From positions 1-15,648 of the forward strand of contig PSLL01000008.1 in the NCBI GenBank assembly GCA_040289575.1: a stretch of 15,648 bases of DNA, in the 5' to 3' direction. Positions 8,909 to 15,648 of this stretch are shown piece by piece. Positions within the stretch are counted from its first letter, which is position 1; every line of letters starts with the position of its first letter. The position numbers were made by a program, and so were the translations under genes. The notes beneath the pieces are model-generated. The model was not told the DNA's origin. It saw only the letters and a list, made by a program, of their open reading frames with translations, and ran no database searches. Source of the DNA: Candidatus Dadabacteria bacterium. GTDB taxonomy: Bacteria; Desulfobacterota_D; UBA1144; Nemesobacterales; CSP1-2.

Positions 8909-8934
8909 AGGAATGCTTGAAAGAGGATAAAAGA

Positions 8935-9366
8935 ATGTTGGATAAACTGACTCATCCAGAGGGCTCGGTAAAGAATAGAAAAAGACTGGGACGTGGTCCC
9001 GGTTGTCACGGAAAGACAAGCGGAAGGGGGCACAAAGGACAGAGGTCACGCTCCGGTGGAAGGGTATCGCCATGGTTTGAAGGCGGGCAGACTCCGCTTA
9101 AGCTTAGGTCTCCAAAGCGCGGGTTTAAGAGTCCTCTGAAAAGAGTTTATGATGTGATAAACCTCAGGGACCTAAACGAATTTAATGAAGGCGATGTGGT
9201 AACACCTGAGGAACTCAAAAAAGGCGGCTTTGTGAGTGGAAAGAATCCCGTAAAGATTCTCGGTGCCGGAGAAATCACGCGTTCTCTTACAATAAAAGTC
9301 CAGGCCTTTAGCAAAGAGGCCCGTAGGAAGATTGAGGAACGCGGCGGGAAGGCAGAGATTATATGA
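8935..9366 (+). CDS. rplO: 50S ribosomal protein L15 (uL15)
   Basis: RLGRGPG..GKTSGRGHKGQRSRSG, FEGGQTPL and VKILGAG motifs. ATG 8935 with SD GAGGA 8923-8927. Confidence 0.98.
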   Translation: MLDKLTHPEGSVKNRKRLGRGPGCHGKTSGRGHKGQRSRSGGRVSPWFEGGQTPLKLRSPKRGFKSPLKRVYDVINLRDLNEFNEGDVVTPEELKKGGFVSGKNPVKILGAGEITRSLTIKVQAFSKEARRKIEERGGKAEII

Positions 9367-10682
9367 GCAGGAATATAGCGTCCATACCCAAGATTCCGGA
9401 GCTTAATAAGAGGCTTCTGTTTACTCTTTTGATGCTCATTATCTATAGGCTTGGAGTATTCATTCCAACGCCCGGAATAGATCCGGAGCAGCTCTTGAGG
9501 ATCTTTGAGCAGACCAGGGGTACGATATTCGATGTACTGAACCTATTTTCAGGCGGTGCGCTTGAGCGAGCTTCTGTGTTTGCATTAGGCGTAATGCCAT
9601 ATATTACCTCCTCGATTATCATGTCCCTCCTTGTGAAGGCCTTTCCTACGCTTGAAGCCATGCAGAAGGAGGGTGAGGCGGGAAGAAGAAAAATCAATCA
9701 GTACTCCCGTTACGGTACAATCCTCATCTGTGTTATTCAAGGTCTTATGCTTGCCATCACGCTTGAAGGCGGGCTCGGCTCGGGCGTATCTGTCGTGAGA
9801 GAACCGGGATGGATGTTTAGATTTATGACCGTCCTTACGCTTACGGCCGGGTCTCTTTTTATTATGTGGATAGGCGAGCAGATCTCTGAACGGGGGATAG
9901 GAAACGGCATATCCCTCATTATCGCTGTTTCAATTATTACAAGAATGCCTGCTGCGGTCAGGGATTCAATCAGGCTAATAGAAACCGGAGAGTTGACTGT
10001 TTTTGGGTTTATTCTTCTCATTGCGTTTATGGTTTTTGTCATAGGCGTGATAGTTTATGTTGAGAGGGCATATAGAAAGATCCCAGTTCAATATCCGAGG
10101 CGTGTAGTAGGGAGGAAGGTCTACGGTGGTCAGTCGTCTCATCTTCCGCTTAAGGTAAATACCGCAGGCGTTATTCCCCCTATTTTTGCCTCTTCGCTTC
10201 TGGTCTTTCCGGCTACAATTCTTAGTTTTGTCAATATTCCTATTCTGAGAACCATATCGGATTCGTTGCTTCAAAGAGGGATACTCCACGACCTTATTTA
10301 TGCCGGGCTTATTATATTCTTTGCCTACTTCTACACCGCCGTTATATATAACCCGGATGACCTTGCGGATAACCTTAGAAAAAACGGCGGATTTATCCCA
10401 GGAATCAGGCCGGGGAAGAAAACTGCTGAGTATATTGAGAAGATCCTTGGAAGGATTACATTCATTGGAGCGATTTATGTCGCTGCGGTGTGCGTCCTCC
10501 CTACGGTTCTTCAAGGAGCGACATTTAATGTTCCATTCTACTTTGGTGGGACCTCGCTTCTTATAGTCGTAGGGGTTACCCTAGATACGGTGCAGCAGAT
10601 CGAATCATTTCTCATTACACATAGTTATGAGGGGTTTATAAGAAAACGCGGAATGAAGGGACCCAGAAGATATGGAGTATAG
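9363..10682 (+). CDS. secY: Preprotein translocase subunit SecY
   Basis: SVFALGVMPYITSSII, GEQISERGIGNGISLII, AGVIPPIFA, FIPGIRPG and GGTSLLIVVGV motifs; multiple hydrophobic segments. Confidence 0.99.
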   Translation: MSRNIASIPKIPELNKRLLFTLLMLIIYRLGVFIPTPGIDPEQLLRIFEQTRGTIFDVLNLFSGGALERASVFALGVMPYITSSIIMSLLVKAFPTLEAMQKEGEAGRRKINQYSRYGTILICVIQGLMLAITLEGGLGSGVSVVREPGWMFRFMTVLTLTAGSLFIMWIGEQISERGIGNGISLIIAVSIITRMPAAVRDSIRLIETGELTVFGFILLIAFMVFVIGVIVYVERAYRKIPVQYPRRVVGRKVYGGQSSHLPLKVNTAGVIPPIFASSLLVFPATILSFVNIPILRTISDSLLQRGILHDLIYAGLIIFFAYFYTAVIYNPDDLADNLRKNGGFIPGIRPGKKTAEYIEKILGRITFIGAIYVAAVCVLPTVLQGATFNVPFYFGGTSLLIVVGVTLDTVQQIESFLITHSYEGFIRKRGMKGPRRYGV

Positions 10683-10700
10683 ATTTTTAGGGAAACTTTG

Positions 10701-11351
10701 ATGAATCTGATAATTTTCGGACCGCCGGGGGCGGGAAAGGGTACTCAAGCCGCTCAGATTTCTGCGAAGTACGGTATCCCCCATATCTCGACCGGAGATA
10801 TATTAAGGGCTTCTGTAAAGGAAGGTACAGAGATTGGGAGACTTGCAGAGTCTTATATGGATAAGGGTGAGCTTGTGCCAGATGACATTATGATTGAGAT
10901 AATAAGAGATAGAATTGCAAGGCCAGATTCAAAAGGCGGGTTTCTCCTTGATGGATTTCCAAGGACTATTCCCCAGGCAGAGGCTCTAGATAGGATGCTC
11001 AGCAAAGAGCACCTAAAGATTGATAGTGTAATCTCAATTGAGGTGGACGACGAAGAGATAGTGAAGAGGATAAGCGGCAGGCGCGTTTGCGAAAAGTGCG
11101 GAGCCATGTATCATATTATCTATGATCCACCTACAAATATGGGATATTGTAATAAATGTGGGGGAGCTCTTTACACAAGAGACGACGACAGTGAGGATGT
11201 AGTGAGGACACGGCTTAAGGTTTACAGAGGACAAACTGAGCCGCTAAAGGAGTACTACAAAAGATCGGCAATCTTAAAGAGGGTTGATGGGGTGGGCACA
11301 ATTGAGGATGTATTTGAGAGGATCGAAAAGATCCTAAGAACCGTTGGTTAA
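10701..11351 (+). CDS. adk: Adenylate kinase (long LID, 4-Cys Zn type)
   Basis: P-loop GPPGAGKGTQA, HISTGDILR and LDGFPRT; LID CEKC...CNKC. Start is ATG 10701, or TTG 10698. Confidence 0.99.
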   Translation: MNLIIFGPPGAGKGTQAAQISAKYGIPHISTGDILRASVKEGTEIGRLAESYMDKGELVPDDIMIEIIRDRIARPDSKGGFLLDGFPRTIPQAEALDRMLSKEHLKIDSVISIEVDDEEIVKRISGRRVCEKCGAMYHIIYDPPTNMGYCNKCGGALYTRDDDSEDVVRTRLKVYRGQTEPLKEYYKRSAILKRVDGVGTIEDVFERIEKILRTVG

Positions 11352-11354
11352 TAT

Positions 11355-12113
11355 ATGATTTTTCTAAAGAGCGCAGAGGAAATAGATAAGATACGTGCCG
11401 CCTCTCAAGTGGTAGTGGGTGTTCTTGAGAGGCTTAAAGAGGAGGCGAGAGCCGGGGTTTCAACCTGGGACCTTGATAGAATTGCCGAGGAGCTATCTCG
11501 AAAGGCGGGTGCTACACCGGCTTTTAAGGGCTATCGAGGGTACCCAGCCTCTGTTTGTTTTGCTATAAACAACGAGGTTGTTCATGGAATTCCATCGAAA
11601 AATAAGATTCTAAAGGACGGCGACATCATAAGCCTAGATTTTGGCGCATTCCTTGACGGGTTCTATGGAGATTCGGCAATCACGGTTCCGATAGGCAGGC
11701 CGTCTGCGCTTGTTGAGAGGCTTCTTCATGTCACAAGGGATTCTCTCTACAAGGGAATCAAAATGGCGCGTCCCGGCAATAGGCTCTTTGATATTTCCCG
11801 TGCTATCCAGAGTTGCGTTGAGAATGAGGGATTTTCGGTTGTCAGGGCGTTTGTCGGACACGGGATTGGAAGGAAATTGCATGAAGACCCCCAGGTTCCT
11901 AATTTCGTTCCTGAGAATGGAAACTGGGGAAAGGGGATTAAATTAAGGGCCGGAATGGTAATTGCGATTGAGCCTATGGTAAATGTCGGCAGACCGGATG
12001 TCCGGGTATTGAGCGACGGCTGGACTGCTGTTACTGTAGACGGTACCCTTTCTGCGCACTTTGAGCATACAGTTGCAATTCTTGAAGACGGTCCCAGGAT
12101 ATTGACCTTATAG
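11355..12113 (+). CDS. map: Type I methionine aminopeptidase
   Basis: [35 protein letters not shown] and SAHFEHT motifs. Confidence 0.99.
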   Translation: MIFLKSAEEIDKIRAASQVVVGVLERLKEEARAGVSTWDLDRIAEELSRKAGATPAFKGYRGYPASVCFAINNEVVHGIPSKNKILKDGDIISLDFGAFLDGFYGDSAITVPIGRPSALVERLLHVTRDSLYKGIKMARPGNRLFDISRAIQSCVENEGFSVVRAFVGHGIGRKLHEDPQVPNFVPENGNWGKGIKLRAGMVIAIEPMVNVGRPDVRVLSDGWTAVTVDGTLSAHFEHTVAILEDGPRILTL

Positions 12114-12120
12114 AGGAGTT

Positions 12121-12342
12121 ATGGCGAAAGAGGAAAGAATAGAATTCGAGGGTACTGTGATTGAGGCGCTTCCTAATGCGATGTTTAGAGTAGAGATTGA
12201 GGGTGGTCATAAGATACTTGCTTACGTCTCTGGAAAAATGAGAACCAATTTCATACGGATTCTTCCAGGCGATAGGGTGAAGGTAGAGCTTTCTCCTTAC
12301 GATCTAACCAAAGGGAGAATCACATACAGGCTTAAGAGATAG
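12121..12342 (+). CDS. infA: Translation initiation factor IF-1
   Basis: [15 protein letters not shown] and [23 protein letters not shown] motifs. Confidence 0.99.
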   Translation: MAKEERIEFEGTVIEALPNAMFRVEIEGGHKILAYVSGKMRTNFIRILPGDRVKVELSPYDLTKGRITYRLKR

Positions 12343-12344
12343 AA

Positions 12345-12376
12345 GTCGATATGTTAATTCGTTTGTATTTGTTGAC
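12345..12376. repeat. Decamer-unit element, degenerate half copy E (infA-rpmJ spacer)
   Basis: ATTCGTTTGTATTTGTTGA (12357-12375) matches the copy B right arm ATTCGTGTTCATTTGTTGA (3088-3106) at 16/19 positions. Residual pairing GTCGATA/TGTTGAC. Confidence 0.55.
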
Positions 12377-12408
12377 CTTTTATGCATGGATAATGGAGGG
12401 ATTGAGAG

Positions 12409-12522
12409 TTGAAAGTAAGGGCTTCGGTTAAGAAGATTTGCGATAAATGCAAGATCATAAAAAGACGTGGCACCGTTCGTATAATATGCGAAAACAGAAA
12501 GCATAAGCAAAAACAGGGTTAA
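12409..12522 (+). CDS. rpmJ: 50S ribosomal protein L36 (bL36), Zn-ribbon form, TTG start; missed by the ORF track
   Basis: Manual translation gives [37 protein letters not shown] (37 aa); SD GGAGGG 12395-12400. Confidence 0.98.
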   Translation: MKVRASVKKICDKCKIIKRRGTVRIICENRKHKQKQG

Positions 12523-12593
12523 GAATCGAGATAGCTTATGCTCTCTTAAACCAGAAGGAATATAATGGAGAATAAAGGCAGGAGAATTTAAGG

Positions 12594-12974
12594 ATGCCAA
12601 GAATAGCGGGCGTGGATATTCCACCAAATAAAAGAATTGAAATAGGTCTTACATATATTTATGGGATTGGCCGTCCGACATCTAAAAGGATTCTCTCCCA
12701 GGCGGAGGTTGATTTAAACAAGCGTTCCGGGGACTTAACCGAGCAGGAGGTTGCTAAAATCAGGGATATAATTGAGAGGGATTACACGGTTGAGGGTGAA
12801 CTGAGAAAAGAGGTTCAGACAAATATCAGGCGATTAATCGAAATCGGTTGCTATAGGGGGATGAGGCATCGCCTGAACCTTCCGACCCGCGGGCAGAGAA
12901 CGCGCTCCAATGCGAGAACAAGAAAAGGACCCAGAGGCACGGCGATTACGAAAAAGAAAAAGGTTAAAGGTTAA
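12594..12974 (+). CDS. rpsM: 30S ribosomal protein S13 (uS13)
   Basis: [16 protein letters not shown] and YRGMRH...[17 protein letters not shown] motifs. Confidence 0.99.
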   Translation: MPRIAGVDIPPNKRIEIGLTYIYGIGRPTSKRILSQAEVDLNKRSGDLTEQEVAKIRDIIERDYTVEGELRKEVQTNIRRLIEIGCYRGMRHRLNLPTRGQRTRSNARTRKGPRGTAITKKKKVKG

Positions 12975-12990
12975 ATCGGAGGTATAACAT

Positions 12991-13374
12991 TTGGCTAAGA
13001 AAAAGACGGCTAAAAAGGGTAAAAGGTTTGCGGATCAGGGAGTGGCTCACATTCAGGCTACTTTCAATAACACCATAATTACAATCAGTGATAATCATGG
13101 AAATGTTATTGCGGCATCGAGCGGGGGTATGAAGGGATTCAAGGGAACGAGAAAAGGAACCCCCTTTGCCGCTCAGATTGCTGCCGAAGACGCTGCAAAA
13201 AAGGCGATGGATCATGGAATGAAAAGCATTGCGGTTTATGTCAAGGGGCCTGGTCCTGGAAGGGAACCTGCGATAAGGTCACTTCAGTCGGCCGGACTCA
13301 GAATTACAATGATTCGTGACGTTACTCCAATTCCCCATAATGGTTGCAGACCGGCTGGAAGAAGAAGGGTATAG
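12991..13374 (+). CDS. rpsK: 30S ribosomal protein S11 (uS11), TTG start
   Basis: [26 protein letters not shown] and [12 protein letters not shown] motifs; SD GGAGGT 12978-12983. Confidence 0.99.
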   Translation: MAKKKTAKKGKRFADQGVAHIQATFNNTIITISDNHGNVIAASSGGMKGFKGTRKGTPFAAQIAAEDAAKKAMDHGMKSIAVYVKGPGPGREPAIRSLQSAGLRITMIRDVTPIPHNGCRPAGRRRV

Positions 13375-13429
13375 GGTGATTCATAATTTATGGATAATTA
13401 GTCACAATTTCAAGGGGGTCATTTGAGAA

Positions 13430-14059
13430 TTGGCAAAATACACAGAGGCTGTTTGCAGGATTTGTAGAAGAGAGGGCATGAAGCTTTTTTTAAAAGGAGA
13501 GAAGTGCTACACCAAGTGCACGCTTGAGAAGCGGCCTGACAAGGCTCCGGGAGAGCATGGTTTGGTTCGTCCTAAGTTTTCAGAGTTTGGAATAAGACTT
13601 AGAGAGAAACAGAAGGTAAAACGTATCTACGGTCTTACTGAGAACCAGTTTAGAAGATACTTTGAGAAGGCCTCTCGTGTTAAGGGTGTTACGGGCCAGG
13701 TTCTTATCTCTTCCCTTGAGAGAAGGCTTGATAACGTGGTGTATCGCCTCGGCTTTGGAAGCTCAAGGAGAGAGGCACGCCAGATGGTACGCTATAGGCA
13801 CATACTCGTAAATGGTAGGAAAGTAGATATTCCTTCTTACGATGTCAAGGTGGGCGATACTATTGAGGTAGCCCCTGAGAGTCGAAAGCTAGATAGAATA
13901 AACCAGTCTTTTGAGCTCCTCTCAAGGAGAGGAGTTCCCGAATGGCTTGAACTCGATAGGGAAAACTACAGAGGACATGTAAAAAGACTTCCCGTCAGAG
14001 AGGATGTTACAGTTCCGATTGAAGAACAGCTAATAGTGGAGTTCTATTCGAGAGTTTAG
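13430..14059 (+). CDS. rpsD: 30S ribosomal protein S4 (uS4), TTG start, Cys-containing N-terminus
   Basis: [36 protein letters not shown] and [10 protein letters not shown] motifs. Confidence 0.99.
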   Translation: MAKYTEAVCRICRREGMKLFLKGEKCYTKCTLEKRPDKAPGEHGLVRPKFSEFGIRLREKQKVKRIYGLTENQFRRYFEKASRVKGVTGQVLISSLERRLDNVVYRLGFGSSRREARQMVRYRHILVNGRKVDIPSYDVKVGDTIEVAPESRKLDRINQSFELLSRRGVPEWLELDRENYRGHVKRLPVREDVTVPIEEQLIVEFYSRV

Positions 14060-14076
14060 TCCGTTGTTTCTAATTC

Positions 14077-14189
14077 TTAGTAATTATTTAGCCACTAATT
14101 GACACGAATGATCACAAATGAAAAGAAAAAATCGAATACTAGAGATTTAAAAATCATTTTATTCGTGTTTATCTGTAGCTAATTACTAA
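14077..14189. repeat. Decamer-unit inverted-repeat element, copy D (rpsD-rpoA spacer)
   Basis: Left arm TTAGCCACTAAT-TGACACGAAT-GATCACAAAT (14088-14119); right arm ATTCGTGTTTATCTGTAGCTAA (14161-14182); outer perfect IR TTAGTAATTA (14077-14086)/TAATTACTAA (14180-14189). Confidence 0.88.
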
Positions 14190-14212
14190 ATAAAAATAGG
14201 GAGGGAGGCAAG

Positions 14213-15244
14213 GTGAAGGATTTTCAGAGAAATTGGCATGATCTTATAAAACCAAAGAGGCTTGAGCGGGATGAAAAGACCTCTACTCCAACTTATGGGA
14301 AATTCGTATGTGAGCCGCTCGAGCGTGGATACGGAATTACTCTAGGAAACGCCCTGAGAAGGGTGCTACTTTCCTCTATTCAGGGTTCTGCCATTACTTC
14401 GGTTAAGATTGAGGGTGTGCTTCATGAATTCTCTACTATTACCGGCGTCAAAGAGGACGTTACGGAGATTGTTTTAAATCTCAAAGGGATTGAACTCAAA
14501 ATGCATACGTATGAGCCGCAGGTGCTGAGGGTCAGCGCTGGGGGGGAATGCGACGTTAAAGCGGGCGACATCTCCACCGGACATCAGGTTGAAATCCTAA
14601 ATCCCGATCATCATATAGCTGCGCTCTCTGAAGGGGCGAGGCTTGAGATGGAGATGACAGTTGAAATGGGGCGTGGTTATGAGCCGGTAGAGAGACGGGG
14701 GGATGCGCGTGCCATAGGCGTTATTCCAATTGATGCGCTTTTTTCCCCTGTAAAGAAAGTGAACTATATGGTTACAAATGCAAGGGTCGGTAGACGCACG
14801 GACTACGAAAAGCTCACGCTTGAGATATGGACAAATGGTATAATTCTCCCTGAAGATGCACTTGCGTATGGAGCGAAGATTTTAAGAGAGCAACTTACGG
14901 TGTTTATTAATTTTGATGAAAAAGAGGTAGATGCCAAAGTCGAGACTGAAGAGAAAAAGGAAATAATGGGGACGGAGGACATCCTTTTTATGACGCTTGA
15001 TGATTTGGACCTTTCAGCGAGGTCTTTAAATTGTCTAAGAAAAGCCAATGTTGAGTACGCGGGGGATTTAATTCAGAAGACTGAAGAGGAGCTTTTAAAT
15101 CTCGAAAACTTTGGTAAACGTTCCCTTGTAGAGATAAAGGGCAAACTCGCTGAGCATGGACTCAGCCTCGGGATGAAGATTAATAAAGAGGTATTTGAAG
15201 CTGAGAAATCGAAGCGGCCGAAAGAGAGAAGGGTTTCGTATTAA
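14213..15244 (+). CDS. rpoA: DNA-directed RNA polymerase subunit alpha, GTG start
   Basis: EPLERGYGITLGNALRRVLLSS, HEFSTITGVKED and DALFSPV motifs; alphaCTD LSARSLNCL...NFGKRS. Confidence 0.99.
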   Translation: MKDFQRNWHDLIKPKRLERDEKTSTPTYGKFVCEPLERGYGITLGNALRRVLLSSIQGSAITSVKIEGVLHEFSTITGVKEDVTEIVLNLKGIELKMHTYEPQVLRVSAGGECDVKAGDISTGHQVEILNPDHHIAALSEGARLEMEMTVEMGRGYEPVERRGDARAIGVIPIDALFSPVKKVNYMVTNARVGRRTDYEKLTLEIWTNGIILPEDALAYGAKILREQLTVFINFDEKEVDAKVETEEKKEIMGTEDILFMTLDDLDLSARSLNCLRKANVEYAGDLIQKTEEELLNLENFGKRSLVEIKGKLAEHGLSLGMKINKEVFEAEKSKRPKERRVSY

Positions 15245-15251
15245 TATTTTT

Positions 15252-15279
15252 GTATGGGCAATTCATGAATTGCCCATAC
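15252..15279. repeat. Perfect 28-bp palindrome, REP-like (rpoA-rplQ spacer)
   Basis: GTATGGGCAATTCA|TGAATTGCCCATAC is identical to its own reverse complement. Confidence 0.85.
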
Positions 15280-15298
15280 TTGTTGGAGGCTGTGCTAT

Positions 15299-15648
15299 AT
15301 GCGACATAGGAGAATTGGAAGAAAACTCGGAGTTGTTACAAAACACAGAAGTGCCTTATTCCGCAATATGGTTACGGATTTTCTGCGCCTTGGAAGGATT
15401 CAAACGACCGACACCAGGGCTAAAGAACTAAGGAGGATTGCTGAGAAATTAATAACCGTTGCTAAGCGGAGTACTCTTCATGCAAGAAGGCAGGCCGCTT
15501 CAGTCGTCAGGGATAAAGAGACACTGAAGAAACTATTTGACGAGATCGCCCAAAGGTACAAGAATCGCCCCGGCGGATATACTAGGATTGTAAAGCTCGG
15601 TGCAAGGCGCGGCGATAATGCGCCAATCTCCATAATTGAGCTTGTGGA
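15299..15648 (+). CDS. rplQ: 50S ribosomal protein L17 (bL17), truncated by the window end; missed by the ORF track
   Basis: Manual translation gives [11 protein letters not shown]...HRSALFRNM...[13 protein letters not shown]...[27 protein letters not shown] 15285-15289. Confidence 0.98.
   Translation, partial: MRHRRIGRKLGVVTKHRSALFRNMVTDFLRLGRIQTTDTRAKELRRIAEKLITVAKRSTLHARRQAASVVRDKETLKKLFDEIAQRYKNRPGGYTRIVKLGARRGDNAPISIIELV

Noticed and set aside
8905..8934. Longer L15 start at TTG 8905, or an L30-L15 fusion
   Set aside because: The extra 10 residues show no L30 similarity; ATG 8935 has its own SD.
12372..12394. Sigma70 promoter TTGACC...GATAAT before rpmJ
   Set aside because: The spacer is only 11 nt, and TTGAC belongs to the repeat half copy.
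13376..13405. Weak hairpin GTGATT...AGTCAC ahead of rpsD as an S4 autoregulatory site
   Set aside because: Short, AU-rich and interrupted; indistinguishable from chance without comparative data.
1091..14189. CRISPR array interpretation of the recurring repeats
   Set aside because: The copies are dispersed kilobases apart, inverted rather than direct, and degenerate, with no regular spacers and no cas genes.
456..15048. Numerous minus-strand and alternate-frame ORFs of 60-179 aa (e.g. 6729-7178, 9975-10514, 5028-5387)
   Set aside because: All overlap conserved + strand housekeeping genes, have no recognisable motifs, and are expected shadow ORFs.
15247..15285. Rho-independent terminator after rpoA
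   Set aside because: The T-run lies before the stem on the + strand and only TTGTT follows it; the minus strand is followed by As. rplQ is normally co-transcribed.
15195..15431. 78-aa + strand ORF spanning the rpoA end and rplQ start
   Set aside because: Out of frame with rplQ, which is the real gene from 15299, and it crosses the palindrome; no homology signal.

Overview
The window is the core ribosomal-protein supercluster of a bacterium, all on the + strand. It runs: 3' end of tuf; the S10 block (rpsJ-rplC-rplD-rplW-rplB-rpsS-rplV-rpsC-rplP-rpmC-rpsQ); the spc block (rplN-rplX-rplE-rpsN-rpsH-rplF-rplR-rpsE-rplO-secY, with no rpmD); adk-map-infA-rpmJ; and the alpha block (rpsM-rpsK-rpsD-rpoA-rplQ, the last cut by the window end). 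The coding content is ordinary housekeeping. The unexpected signal is in the enlarged intergenic spacers. One family of inverted-repeat elements built from ~10-bp units (arm consensus about TTAGCYACRAAT-NNAC-ACGAAT) occurs four times in full and once as a half copy. One copy contains a nested 7-bp-period inverted repeat and an anti-Shine-Dalgarno for rpsS. There is also a perfect 28-bp REP-like palindrome and a degenerate REP-like hairpin. Other oddities are the missing L30 gene, many TTG starts, His in place of Gly in the L4 tunnel loop, and Zn-binding (C+) forms throughout. All calls come from reading the sequence; no database search was run.
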